Of a stretch of 64,000 nucleotides of DNA, positions 25,885-35,681 are shown piece after piece. The DNA is from an uncultured virus (IMG/VR IMGVR_UViG_3300027374_000004) (lineage: Duplodnaviria > Heunggongvirae > Uroviricota > Caudoviricetes). The DNA is taken from IMG/VR virus record IMGVR_UViG_3300027374_000004. The stretch is one strand, 5' to 3'. The notes beneath the pieces are model-generated. The model worked only from the letters and a program-made list of their open reading frames with translations, made no database searches and was not told the origin of the DNA. Made by a program: the position numbers and the translations under genes. The stretch's first letter is position 1. Each line of letters starts with the position of its first letter.

Positions 25885-26067
25885 TCACTCCTTTTTCAAC
25901 ATTTCCTGAGTTCTATTTGAATCCTTGATCCACTCTTTCAGCTCCGGCAAAGGTAAATCCAGCCAAAAAGATACTGGCGTATTATTTGCCATAGCCAAAA
26001 GAAGGCACTGCCTCCGCAGCCATGATGGGAAATCTTCTAAATCAAGGCTGCAGAGGGAATAAAATTT
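25885..26067 (-). CDS. Tail chaperone C-terminal extension (-1 frameshift product)
   Basis: Open -1 frame after slippery A-AAT-TTT: YSLCSLDLEDFPSWLRRQC...WLDLPLPELKEWI. Confidence 0.7.
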   Translation of the reverse strand, partial: KFYSLCSLDLEDFPSWLRRQCLLLAMANNTPVSFWLDLPLPELKEWIKDSNRTQEMLKKE

Positions 26068-26414
26068 CTCGTTTTTGCAAGAATCGTCTCAAAGTCCCGG
26101 TAGGGCATCGCCTCAAATGCGTCTGCACCAAGCCCGCAGGCTTTGGAGGCCAGAATCATCTGGTAGTGCGGAGAGGTTCTGGGAGACATGATGATAATCC
26201 CTTTGGACTGGAGTTCCGAATAAATGGAAAGAGAAGTCTTTCCTGTTAACTGCGTAAAATTGAAATCCAGCGTTTCATACGTTTTGCCCATCCACTCAAA
26301 GGGCTTGCTGAAATGATGCCGATAATCCACTTCGGAGAGATCAGTTTCCAGCTCTTTCTTAACTGCATCGGCATTGACATCATCATTGATGGGGGTAATA
26401 TTTTTTTCGCTCAT
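26037..26414 (-). CDS. Tail assembly chaperone
   Basis: Between tube and tape measure genes; KPF..G..Y..L.F.F..LTG. Confidence 0.85.
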   Translation of the reverse strand: MSEKNITPINDDVNADAVKKELETDLSEVDYRHHFSKPFEWMGKTYETLDFNFTQLTGKTSLSIYSELQSKGIIIMSPRTSPHYQMILASKACGLGADAFEAMPYRDFETILAKTRNFIPSAALI

Positions 26415-26497
26415 TTTCTTTTCTTCCTTTCGATTTTTTGAATTGGATAAAACACACCGGCGGGGAAATCTCCCCGCCGGCTGCCTTATCTGTGTGG

Positions 26498-27016
26498 TTA
26501 CTTGCCGATGGCGTTACGCACTTCGGCAAGATAGTCTGTTCCGTTCACAAAGTAAACGAAGTTGTACGGATCGATCTCCAGCATCTTTTTCCCATTGATA
26601 TACGCTGCAATATAGCTTACAGAGTATTCGCCGGAAACATCTGCGGGAGAGGCCGGCTTCAGGGTACCAAGCCCCAGCTTCTTGGGAGTTACAACAACGA
26701 TGTACTTTACGACAGGTTTTGTAATCTCCCCGGTAGTGACATCTTCCTCCTGCTGAACCGCTCGCAGATCCAGTGTGTGCCGGCGGGGCTCCGCCAGCCG
26801 GAAAGACGTTTCTGTCACCGTTCTGAAATTCATGGTCATAGACATAGCGTCCACAAAACCGAGAATGGAAGCTTCTACATTTCCGCTGATACCAGCACCA
26901 GATACCGTAGTGGTAAGGTTCGATACATCGGGCAGCTTTACTTCCGCCATTCCGTAGTAATCGGTTCCGTCCTCATAAGCGTCAAAGGTCAAAACAGATT
27001 CGCCGACTTTGGGCAT
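26498..27016 (-). CDS. Major tail tube protein (P2 FII-like)
   Basis: G.AEV.LP, GAGI.G and EID..N....VNG.DYL motifs. Confidence 0.92.
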   Translation of the reverse strand: MPKVGESVLTFDAYEDGTDYYGMAEVKLPDVSNLTTTVSGAGISGNVEASILGFVDAMSMTMNFRTVTETSFRLAEPRRHTLDLRAVQQEEDVTTGEITKPVVKYIVVVTPKKLGLGTLKPASPADVSGEYSVSYIAAYINGKKMLEIDPYNFVYFVNGTDYLAEVRNAIGK

Positions 27017-27031
27017 ATTACTTCCTCCTTT

Positions 27032-28471
27032 TTACGCTGCCAGAGCGGATTCGATATACGAAATATCGCACTCCAGCATAAAGTCGATTTCCTGCATGGG
27101 GATAGTGGGCATGAGGTAGATGTGGAATCTTGCGATTCCAGCCAGCAGGTCTTTCTGGCTGTTTTCATCGTCCCGGAATTCTACACGCCCACCGTAAATC
27201 TTTCCATCGCCGGTTAAGCCGTTGAGCCAGAGATTTACCGCATCCACGATACTGTCAATCAGGCGCCGCCGAATGCTCTTATCGACTTTGAACCAGTAAG
27301 TCAAAATCAGGCTCTTGGCTACCCAATCGAACATTCTGGAAACCGTGATATAGCTGTACCGGATATCCTCATTCTCGGGATAGCACGCCATGTAATTGCC
27401 CCATGCCACATACCCGCTGACGAAATTCAGGGCCGTAATAATCCCCATGGAATTGAGGAAGTTTGCCTGGGTGATGTCCAAGGCTACCTCGGTTCCATCA
27501 GACAGCACGATTCCGTCCGCCTGCATAGTCTTATTGGAAGGAGACTCACAAGGGCAATCCCCGTTGTCCCTGTCTACCTGCGCAATAACACCTGCCAGGT
27601 GAATTGACATGTGATACCGCTTCCCCGCCTGAGTGGCCATGGGCCAGCAAACCATCTGGTTTTTATCGGTAATCCCGTTGTCGTTTTTCCAGACGGGAAC
27701 ATCCTTGAAATAGGACACATTGGTGCAATCGGCATCGATCAGCGCCTTTGCCGGAAACAGCGTATTGATAGCTTCCGCCTTTGCGGCCATAACGGCAGCG
27801 ACTTCCGGCTGGCAGCTCCACTTCGGAGCCAGAATCAAATCAGGAATGATCCGATACAGCGGAAACACACTATCTACCAGCTCAATGCCGCTGGACGTTT
27901 TGGCATCAGGATCGAAACCGCCGATGATGTCCTCCTTGGTTACGGCCGAAGGATCCACTTCATCGTAGGATACCGTGACGGGGGATTCGGTGTTGATTGC
28001 ACCATCTTTCAGGGCATCAATCACCAGAATACCTTTTTCGGTATCATAGATGAGCTCGTAATCCTTGCCGCACACATAGGACGTATCCCCGCTTTTGACC
28101 GTTACGCTTTCCTTGATAGCCAGTGCAGAAATTGCCGCAGTGTGCCCGGTAAAGCTTACCTCCGCTTCCTGCCCGGATTTCTTATGCTTTTTCGGATCAA
28201 GGACATTGACAAAAACGACCGCACTACAGCTATACAGACGAAATAATCCGTCCATAGCTTCGCAGAGATCAAACTGATCCCACTCAGAGCTATAGCCGAG
28301 CTGTTCCACTGCGCTGTCATAGCTTTCGGCTAGTATCGGCTTGTTTACCGCTCCGGATACCGTGTGTACCGGAGCCGCACCGATCACGAAAGGAATGCCG
28401 CTCATGGCAGCAGCAGCAGGAGATTTGGAGCTAAACTGCATCGAGCGTACTCCATGGAAAAAATCTGACAT
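27032..28471 (-). CDS. Tail sheath protein
   Basis: HGV N-terminus, G.APVH, SPSNK, AN.LN..GI.T and WGN motifs. Confidence 0.94.
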   Translation of the reverse strand: MSDFFHGVRSMQFSSKSPAAAAMSGIPFVIGAAPVHTVSGAVNKPILAESYDSAVEQLGYSSEWDQFDLCEAMDGLFRLYSCSAVVFVNVLDPKKHKKSGQEAEVSFTGHTAAISALAIKESVTVKSGDTSYVCGKDYELIYDTEKGILVIDALKDGAINTESPVTVSYDEVDPSAVTKEDIIGGFDPDAKTSSGIELVDSVFPLYRIIPDLILAPKWSCQPEVAAVMAAKAEAINTLFPAKALIDADCTNVSYFKDVPVWKNDNGITDKNQMVCWPMATQAGKRYHMSIHLAGVIAQVDRDNGDCPCESPSNKTMQADGIVLSDGTEVALDITQANFLNSMGIITALNFVSGYVAWGNYMACYPENEDIRYSYITVSRMFDWVAKSLILTYWFKVDKSIRRRLIDSIVDAVNLWLNGLTGDGKIYGGRVEFRDDENSQKDLLAGIARFHIYLMPTIPMQEIDFMLECDISYIESALAA

Positions 28472-28483
28472 GATGTATCCTCC

Positions 28484-28867
28484 TTATTTGGATTTGCTGA
28501 GAATCTTATAAGCAGCGCTCATTGCGTTTCCGCCAGAGGACAGCTCCCGCTTTGTTGCCGTCAGCTCGCTTACGGGAACGATCAGGCGCTTCACCTCCGG
28601 GTACCGCTCCGTGATGCTTTCCAGATTCTGGAGCACACGGTCTTTGCTGCCGATAAACACGCTGTTTGCCTTCAACAGACCAGCAGGTAGAGAAGGACCC
28701 ACATAAATGTACCGTCCAGCAGCCTGCTGAACGGTACCAGCCGATTTCTTATCGGGTTTTACTGCCGGTTCAACCTTCTTCTGCCCCTCGGCAGTTTCTT
28801 CGACAGAGGGAATCTGCAGATTCTCATCGGCAATAGATTCTGCAACTTCGTTCTTTACTTTTGGCAT
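28484..28867 (-). CDS. Hypothetical virion protein
   Basis: IYVGPSLP motif; directly upstream of the sheath gene. Confidence 0.7.
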   Translation of the reverse strand: MPKVKNEVAESIADENLQIPSVEETAEGQKKVEPAVKPDKKSAGTVQQAAGRYIYVGPSLPAGLLKANSVFIGSKDRVLQNLESITERYPEVKRLIVPVSELTATKRELSSGGNAMSAAYKILSKSK

Positions 28868-29349
28868 AATAACTCAGGCACCTCCCTTTTGATGGTTGGC
28901 ATCTCCCAGGTAGTCATCATTTCCCCAAAATAAAATGGGGCAGTGCTCCTATCCGGGTAAACAAGGTATTCCAATGGGGTGCGTAAGGAAAAACATTTTC
29001 CGATTTCCCTCACCCGGAGGAGTTCTTGCCGTAAACGAGTAATGACATTGAGCACATTGAGAGCTCCTTCACTGTCATCATCAGCATACACTCCCACAAC
29101 GATTCTGACGTTGCAAGTGCTGTCCTCTGGATTACCTTCCTCCTGCTGATCGATGCCGTTTATCAGCTGCAGGAGAATGTAAGGCGCCTTTTTCGTTTCT
29201 GACTCTCTGTCTGGCAGGCGCATTTTCCAGACTTCGGGCGATCGTTCCCCTTCAGGAATTTTGGGGGACGGCACAATCGGCAGAATGATATCCTTTGTGC
29301 AACCCTCAGCAAATTCCTTCAAGCAGTCTAACAGGGCAATCGGTGTCAT
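28855..29349 (-). CDS. Putative tail terminator/completion protein
   Basis: Synteny; PYILL and P..FG.M...W motifs. Confidence 0.65.
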   Translation of the reverse strand: MTPIALLDCLKEFAEGCTKDIILPIVPSPKIPEGERSPEVWKMRLPDRESETKKAPYILLQLINGIDQQEEGNPEDSTCNVRIVVGVYADDDSEGALNVLNVITRLRQELLRVREIGKCFSLRTPLEYLVYPDRSTAPFYFGEMMTTWEMPTIKREVPELLCQK

Positions 29350-29352
29350 AGT

Positions 29353-29907
29353 CTAACCTCCATACCCATTCAGAATTCGAGTGATTTCATGCTCCAGTCT
29401 CGCATTCACGGTGTTCTGAGCAGCCTCAGACACATTTTCCAGCACGGATTCTTCCCGGATCATGTGAGCGATTGACGGACCGAAAAGCTGCTTGGAGCTG
29501 TCCCGAGCCGTTGTTTCCCGCTCATAGATTCGAGTACCGTACTTCAGATTGGCAACGAAAGCATGCTGAAGTTCAGAGCGGTTTCCACCCTTTTTTACAG
29601 ATGCCGTTACCAAGCCTCTCTGACTGTACCCCACAGAAAAATCAATCAGAGATATCATGTGTCCAGAAAACAATACTGAGCCTGAAATACGACTTCCGTT
29701 TGCTTGCTGCACCTTCATGTTTCCCGCTGATTTTGCAGTGCCGGCACTGATATGGTAAGTCTGGGATATTGCACTGCCCGATTTTGCCCTCACCGTAGAC
29801 AGTCCACGGTTGATCGCAGCAGATAAGGCTTTTTCTGCTCCGCTGGGGATCCCCCGAAGTAATTTTGATACTCGATCCACCTGCTCAGCTGTAATCTGTA
29901 CCATCAT
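29353..29907 (-). CDS. Minor tail protein (lambda Z-like)
   Basis: AINR, AFVA, GPSI..M and RLEHEI.RIL motifs. Confidence 0.8.
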   Translation of the reverse strand: MMVQITAEQVDRVSKLLRGIPSGAEKALSAAINRGLSTVRAKSGSAISQTYHISAGTAKSAGNMKVQQANGSRISGSVLFSGHMISLIDFSVGYSQRGLVTASVKKGGNRSELQHAFVANLKYGTRIYERETTARDSSKQLFGPSIAHMIREESVLENVSEAAQNTVNARLEHEITRILNGYGG

Positions 29908-30269
29908 TCAGAGACCGCCTCCAGTTCAACCCGCAGCATCCCCATTTCACAGACAGACGCGGCAACATAATATTGCCGCAAGAAAGCCGGGTACTGCTCA
30001 TCGCTGACTTTGATCCGCTGACCCTTCTCGGGCTGATTGCCTCCCAGGTCTTCCATGGCACAATGCAGTACATGAGAAATCATAAAATTTCCCTGTGAGT
30101 GATCAGACACAAGCTGCCGGCGGTCCTTCTCTTTCATTCCAGAGATAACCACCGGCACGTCTTTATACGTCTCACCGTCATAGACAATGGTGCGAGTTTC
30201 CGCAAATTCGTCACAATGCAGGAAAACTCCGTGATTGTCTTTTGCTACCATGTCTTTGAAAGCACTCAT
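29904..30269 (-). CDS. Putative head closure protein
   Basis: FKDMV..D...VF...DEFAE N-terminus; synteny. Confidence 0.7.
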   Translation of the reverse strand: MSAFKDMVAKDNHGVFLHCDEFAETRTIVYDGETYKDVPVVISGMKEKDRRQLVSDHSQGNFMISHVLHCAMEDLGGNQPEKGQRIKVSDEQYPAFLRQYYVAASVCEMGMLRVELEAVSE

Positions 30270-30754
30270 ACGATCGGATCCTCTGCTCCCAGATTGGGGG
30301 CAGCCTCGTCACCGATTTCTGTCTGAACCTCCACGGCAGATAACAGGTTTGCGATATCGCTCTTGTTTTTGCACTTGCTGATATCCAAACCCATATCCTC
30401 TGCCATCTTTTCCATGTTGGAACGAGTCAATCCCATCAGGCTATCGAAGGTCATGTGACCGTTGACGATTTCCACAGCGTCATCAACCTCGACTTCGCCG
30501 GTTTGCAGCTCTGCGGTGTCCTCGCTTTGGCCGTTCTTTGCCCCGATAGAGCCGGGGACGCAATCGGACAGAGTTCCACCCTCTACGGTGCGGTACTCCC
30601 CGTTTTCGGGCGTTGCAACGCCGCCATTTGCATATTCAGCAACCTTGGCCGCAACAAGATGTTCTTCAATAGCCGGATCTGCGGCAAAAATGCCGCTTTC
30701 GGGTGTCATGGTAGTATTCCCAATTCGGGTAACACCAGAAATCATTCTGATCAT
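30266..30754 (-). CDS. Hypothetical head-associated protein
   Basis: Follows capsid gene; C-terminal L..MA..MG.D....K.K..I helix motif. Confidence 0.65.
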   Translation of the reverse strand: MIRMISGVTRIGNTTMTPESGIFAADPAIEEHLVAAKVAEYANGGVATPENGEYRTVEGGTLSDCVPGSIGAKNGQSEDTAELQTGEVEVDDAVEIVNGHMTFDSLMGLTRSNMEKMAEDMGLDISKCKNKSDIANLLSAVEVQTEIGDEAAPNLGAEDPIV

Positions 30755-30779
30755 GGTATATGCTCCTTTCTATGGGTTA

Positions 30780-31865
30780 TCAGCCAAACACCTTGACGGC
30801 AGAAATCCACGGGGTCATGGTCTGAGGCACAAAGAGAGGCCGGCAGGAAAGAATGGTTTCATCTGCAGGAGGCACAACGGTGCTCAAATGATTGGGGACA
30901 CGCATTCCGGCATAGGTATGCCACTGGTTGTCCATCTCCTTCTGGGTCACAGCGCCATACAGTCCGCGACCGCAGTTGGGAGCGGTTACAATGGCACTGC
31001 CGTCTGCCAGGAAAGGCTTTTCATTCTTTTTGTGATCGGTAAAGACGCCATCATTCACCAGAATGTCCAGCCAGCGACCGGCGAAGTTAAAGCGGCCAAG
31101 TTCGGTGACGTAGGGGGTCAGCGCTTCAGGATTGATGGCTCCAAACTGAGCACGGCGGTTATCCATCATGTAAAGAATCCAGGGATCCTCCATCAGGAAT
31201 GTCCCCACGTCATTTGCCACCAGCAAATCCCTTGCCGGACGGCCACGCTTGGTAAGGTTCTTAACCATCGCCACGATGTCATAATACCAGTTGCCAGGCT
31301 TAGGAATGCCATTGGCAACAGTGCTGTGCTCCCATTCTGCAGCAGGAGTGAACCTGCCGGGGTTGTTTTTCTCATCATAGAATTTCACCGGCACATCTTC
31401 GTAGACCTCCGGGTCATCGGACTGATGGCGCATGACCGTTCCATTGTTGAGCATGGTGTCACAAGCCAGCCATTCCTCGGTGCGAGAAATACGGGTGGAC
31501 AGATTGTGCAGATCGCCCATGAGCAGGCGCCGAGCACGTTCATCGGCCGTTACCTGGCTGAGAATGCTTTCACCGAAGCCACGTTTTGTAAGCTGATCGA
31601 TGGTGGTGGGAATACTGATGGAAATGTTACCGGGCTCCAGCTCAGCGGTGCTATACCCGGTACGTCCCACAGGCAGGGCGCCAATGCGAGGCATCACAAA
31701 AGGAGCTGCGCCCTTTGTGTTCTCACGATAATCGGCCAGCACCTTCGATGTACCGAATACGTCCATCTCAAGGTTGGTGGGAAAATAGCGGCTCTTAAAG
31801 AACGTGGGCTCGGGATCGAGCTGTTCCACAGCTGCCAGCATATACAGAGTGTCATAAATATTCAT
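30780..31865 (-). CDS. Major capsid protein (lambda gpE family)
   Basis: FF..RYFP, APFV, I.R.EEWLA and RPL.VP motifs. Confidence 0.92.
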   Translation of the reverse strand: MNIYDTLYMLAAVEQLDPEPTFFKSRYFPTNLEMDVFGTSKVLADYRENTKGAAPFVMPRIGALPVGRTGYSTAELEPGNISISIPTTIDQLTKRGFGESILSQVTADERARRLLMGDLHNLSTRISRTEEWLACDTMLNNGTVMRHQSDDPEVYEDVPVKFYDEKNNPGRFTPAAEWEHSTVANGIPKPGNWYYDIVAMVKNLTKRGRPARDLLVANDVGTFLMEDPWILYMMDNRRAQFGAINPEALTPYVTELGRFNFAGRWLDILVNDGVFTDHKKNEKPFLADGSAIVTAPNCGRGLYGAVTQKEMDNQWHTYAGMRVPNHLSTVVPPADETILSCRPLFVPQTMTPWISAVKVFG

Positions 31866-31879
31866 GGTTTTCCTCCTTG

Positions 31880-32290
31880 TTAAGCTTCCATCATGTCAGT
31901 AAACACGATATCGTACTTCCGAAGAGCGTCCTTGTCTGCTGCAGACAGGGTGTGATCCTCGGCGACAATGACCGCATTGGGATTGAAATTGCCGCTACGG
32001 TAAGCCACAGCTGCAACCGCAGCGGCTCCGCTGGCATCAATATCTGCGGCAAGTATGGCGCTAGGATTGGCGTAGGTGGTCGTCGTTGCGGATTCCCCTT
32101 CGCCGGACGTCACCTTCTTGCCGCAGATGACATAGGTACCGTCTTCCTTTACCGCCAAAAGGGTGCCACGCTTGAGCAGCCCTGCCCCAGCGGCAACCTT
32201 GATCCCCATAGTCAATGCCCGTGGAAACAGGCGTGCAATCAGGTTGTCCTGCTCGCACTCGCCGATCTTATTTACCAGATTCTCACTCAT
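31880..32290 (-). CDS. Head decoration protein (lambda gpD-like)
   Basis: LKRGTLL, ILA.D, Y.SG.FN and LRK..I motifs. Confidence 0.85.
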   Translation of the reverse strand: MSENLVNKIGECEQDNLIARLFPRALTMGIKVAAGAGLLKRGTLLAVKEDGTYVICGKKVTSGEGESATTTTYANPSAILAADIDASGAAAVAAVAYRSGNFNPNAVIVAEDHTLSAADKDALRKYDIVFTDMMEA

Positions 32291-32292
32291 GA

Positions 32293-33510
32293 TTACCGGA
32301 TCTCCTTTCTGCTTTCATTGAACGCTTTGGCGTCCACACGTGCCTGTTCAAGGGTGCAACCGTCGCCCTCATCGTTAGGGGAAGGTGCAGCACCCACGTT
32401 ACCCGTGCCGGATGCTTTTGCGTCCTCTTTCAGTCCTGCCAGGAACTTTCCGCCCTGAGCGGCAGCTTCTTTGGCAGCACGGAATGCCAGTTCCTGTGCA
32501 GTGCACGGGTGCTCTCCATACTTTGCTTCCTGCACGATGGCAGGGTCGAACTGCGCAGCGATTTCATCGATTTCCTGAATACGTCTGCGCTCGGCGTCGG
32601 CAGCATTTTTTCCGGCTTCCTTTGTGGCAGCGCTACGGGCTCCTTCTTCGATCTGAGCAACCAGATCAGGGCTTTCCTGCCGCAGCTCGTCTACGGTTTT
32701 TGCCATAGATTTTTGACCTCCTTCTTGATTGCCGGAATCTTTTGCCGGCTGATTTTTATTTGCCTCAACCGCCGCTTTCGCTGCGGGTGTGACCGTAGGA
32801 ATGGTGTCAGGAGCGAACATTCCGGGAGCAAGGTGCATTTGGCGCCCGCCGACAAAGAGCGTACGCCCGTCTGCACTTGCTGCGATGTTCAGCGGCTCGA
32901 TGTCTTCCAGAACTTCATCGGCAAAGCCTTTTTCAACGGCTTCACGCCCTGTCATGTAGGTGGTGTCCGCCATCAAGCCAAGGATTTCGTCTTTTGACAT
33001 TCCTGTTTTTCTGGCGTATATCTCCGCCTGCATTTTGTCCCATTCGTCCTGTTCATCGGCAATCTCTCTCAGCTCGTCGGCGTTATAACCGCCGAACATG
33101 AAGCCCCAGCATTTGTGTATCATGATGAGGCTTGACGGGTTTACTTTCACCGTATCGCAGGCGCACATGATGAGAGAGCCGCCCGACATTGCAACGCCGT
33201 CTACAATGCAGGTCAGCTTTGCGCCGGCTCTTGCCAAATCGCGGAGGCGATTATGTATGGTGTTCGATACGCCGGCATCTCCGCCGTAGCTGTTCATCCT
33301 GACGGTAATTTTCTTGCACCCGCTAATCTGCTGCAGGTCCTCCAGGAACTCAGAAAGCAGAATATACTGCCCATCAATGGGGTTTCCGTCCCAATCCGTG
33401 GGCTGTTGCTCATAGATATAGCCGTACATGGTGATTTCAGCGCTGTTCCCGTCCTTGCTGGCCATGGCGTAAACTTCTTTTTGGACATTTACATTTTTTC
33501 TAAAAGGCAT
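32293..33510 (-). CDS. ClpP-related head maturation protease/scaffold
   Basis: NSYGGD, DGVAMSGGS and MIH motifs; coiled C-terminus. Confidence 0.92.
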   Translation of the reverse strand: MPFRKNVNVQKEVYAMASKDGNSAEITMYGYIYEQQPTDWDGNPIDGQYILLSEFLEDLQQISGCKKITVRMNSYGGDAGVSNTIHNRLRDLARAGAKLTCIVDGVAMSGGSLIMCACDTVKVNPSSLIMIHKCWGFMFGGYNADELREIADEQDEWDKMQAEIYARKTGMSKDEILGLMADTTYMTGREAVEKGFADEVLEDIEPLNIAASADGRTLFVGGRQMHLAPGMFAPDTIPTVTPAAKAAVEANKNQPAKDSGNQEGGQKSMAKTVDELRQESPDLVAQIEEGARSAATKEAGKNAADAERRRIQEIDEIAAQFDPAIVQEAKYGEHPCTAQELAFRAAKEAAAQGGKFLAGLKEDAKASGTGNVGAAPSPNDEGDGCTLEQARVDAKAFNESRKEIR

Positions 33511-33707
33511 TAAAAGCCCTCCTTCCAAATATCGTCTTCGGGATCACACTCTTTTTCCAGCCACTCTTTTAAGCCCTCAGCACACCGCTCGTCGCAGCGG
33601 CGCTCATATTCCTTCGGGCAAAAAGAGCACGCTTCATTTCCGATGCTGAGAATTACCCTTGCAACGGTTTCCGGGTCAACAAGCTGTAGATATTTCAGAT
33701 TACTCAT
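33510..33707 (-). CDS. Small Cys-rich hypothetical protein
   Basis: CSFC-x7-C-x3-C..L.EWL; translationally coupled on both sides. Confidence 0.65.
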   Translation of the reverse strand: MSNLKYLQLVDPETVARVILSIGNEACSFCPKEYERRCDERCAEGLKEWLEKECDPEDDIWKEGF

Positions 33708-35292
33708 CGCCCTTACTTCCTTCCTCCAGATCATCTGCATCAATCTCAATATCCTGCGGCGCCGCACCTGCAGAGTTTAATACCTGCATTTCGTGGACAA
33801 CCTGTTCGGCGTTCGTTTCCCAGTCTCCGCCGCCGATTTCCCGTGTCACCTGTGCATGCGTTTTAATACCTTTACTTGTGAGCAGTATTGCGGCCTTCGC
33901 CTCCTTCAGCGGGTCAAGCTGACCTTGCGTAGGTCCGATCCATTCAGCTCTCGCATAAGCTGCTCTGATAAGCGGGTCAGCAAAGAACCCGGGAGCGTTG
34001 ATTCGGCCACGAGCAATTGCCTCTGCAAGCCAAATTTCGTAGATTGGCTGGCAAAAACTATTGACAAACCACTCTCGGCGCATTTTGAAGGCTTCCCATG
34101 CCTCCAAAAGAGCACCACGGCTGGCTGAATAGGAGCTGTTAAACTCCTTAATCAGGACATCGTAGGGCAATTCCAGCGCAGCGCCGATCTCTCTGCAAAT
34201 GGTTTTGACAAAAACATCAAAACCAGAAGTAGGAATGTTTGGGTTTCCGAACTGCACATCTTCGCCCTCAGCCAAGACGTTGATCTGACCGGGACCCATT
34301 TCGTACTCATGGTCATTCTCAGAAACTCCACCGCTTGGGTTTTCCCCTGGTACATCAGCAAGCCCATCTCCCACCTCGTTGAACGGCATATTTGCTGGGT
34401 CTGTTTTCGTTACAATCCAGGCAGAAAAGAATGATTGTACCAAAGCCGCCATAAGCTCACTTTCTGTATATCGCCGGAGCTGGAGCAGTGTTTCGATTAC
34501 GGGAGCAAGATAGGGAACTCCACGGTACTGATCTGCACGCTCACTGTCTGTCACATGTAAGATATTCGGCAGGCCGGTGTTGTTTCCATACGCAAGCACT
34601 CTTGCAGGCTTTTCTTGCTTCTTCGTAAGCTCATGGGGGTAATTGTTGTGGATGTAATAGGCCACAACCATGCCGCTGCTGTCCACCTCAACACCGTCAT
34701 AGATCGCATTCCCGTTATCCTTGTTTACCCCTTCAGATAATCTGGATAATGTGCCGTTTATTGTAGGTGTGCGTATACGGTCTGCCTCAACCAAGTGAAT
34801 TCTGAGAGAATAAGGGCTCTCCGGAATCCCCTCTTTGTGTTTCACGACAGCAAAAACATCGCCGTTCATCAGCCATGATTTTAGTGCAAGCTGCTGCATG
34901 CCCTGAAAATCATTCATGCCGATAGCATCACAGGCTCTCTTTTTCGACGCCCACAGTGCAAATTCCGCCTCTGTCTTGCGTTGCCACGCCCGAGCGCTTT
35001 CCTCGGTCAATCCCAGCAAAGACCTATCAATGGTGCTTTGCAGGGACAATCCCACGCCCACTACCTTAGTGCGTGTTGTATTTATTGCGGCAGCAGCCAC
35101 CGGGGAGGACATATAAAGCACTCTGGAGCGCTGACGCAGCGTCATATTGTTCCAGTTAATATCCTCGTTTGGGCTTCCGCTGGACGCCGTGAACCCTTTC
35201 ATAGATCGCTTCGTGAGACTGGCACCGGCTTCACTGTAGCCTTTGGCGTTTGGTGCAGTTGTCACTCCACGGATCTGATTCTTTTTTACCAT
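33700..35292 (-). CDS. Portal protein, lambda family
   Basis: LRQRSR.L, Q.RGVP, SYSASR.ALLE and DPLKE motifs. Confidence 0.95.
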   Translation of the reverse strand: MVKKNQIRGVTTAPNAKGYSEAGASLTKRSMKGFTASSGSPNEDINWNNMTLRQRSRVLYMSSPVAAAAINTTRTKVVGVGLSLQSTIDRSLLGLTEESARAWQRKTEAEFALWASKKRACDAIGMNDFQGMQQLALKSWLMNGDVFAVVKHKEGIPESPYSLRIHLVEADRIRTPTINGTLSRLSEGVNKDNGNAIYDGVEVDSSGMVVAYYIHNNYPHELTKKQEKPARVLAYGNNTGLPNILHVTDSERADQYRGVPYLAPVIETLLQLRRYTESELMAALVQSFFSAWIVTKTDPANMPFNEVGDGLADVPGENPSGGVSENDHEYEMGPGQINVLAEGEDVQFGNPNIPTSGFDVFVKTICREIGAALELPYDVLIKEFNSSYSASRGALLEAWEAFKMRREWFVNSFCQPIYEIWLAEAIARGRINAPGFFADPLIRAAYARAEWIGPTQGQLDPLKEAKAAILLTSKGIKTHAQVTREIGGGDWETNAEQVVHEMQVLNSAGAAPQDIEIDADDLEEGSKGDE

Positions 35293-35415
35293 GGGTACAC
35301 CCCCTTGTTTGTAAAATAAAACGGATGTCCGGCGGCGAAAGGAGTGTGAAAGAAGCAAAATCACAAAACTCCGCCGGATCACCCGTGGCAAAAGCTCTTT
35401 CGAGCCAATACCCAA

Positions 35416-35673
35416 TTACCAGTCTCTCGGCACAACGCCAAGAGCTTTTCTGGGGCGTTTCCCATCAAGCTGCCCCTGTAATTCTTCCACTTCTTGTTCG
35501 AGCGCATCAATTTCCTTTTTGAGCGCCGGAAGGTCAAATCTTGTCAACTGTCTATCATCAATGGTGTAAGATTTTACGCCGCCTTCCACCAAAGCAAGGT
35601 ACGCTGCATAGAGCTTTTTCAACGCCTCTCGTCTGAAAGTCAGCTTTGCCTTAATCGTTGTCTGGTCTATCAT
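35416..35673 (-). CDS. Head-tail joining protein (gpW-like)
   Basis: SY.ID.R.LTR.DL; between terL and portal. Confidence 0.8.
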   Translation of the reverse strand: MIDQTTIKAKLTFRREALKKLYAAYLALVEGGVKSYTIDDRQLTRFDLPALKKEIDALEQEVEELQGQLDGKRPRKALGVVPRDW

Positions 35674-35681
35674 GCTATCAC

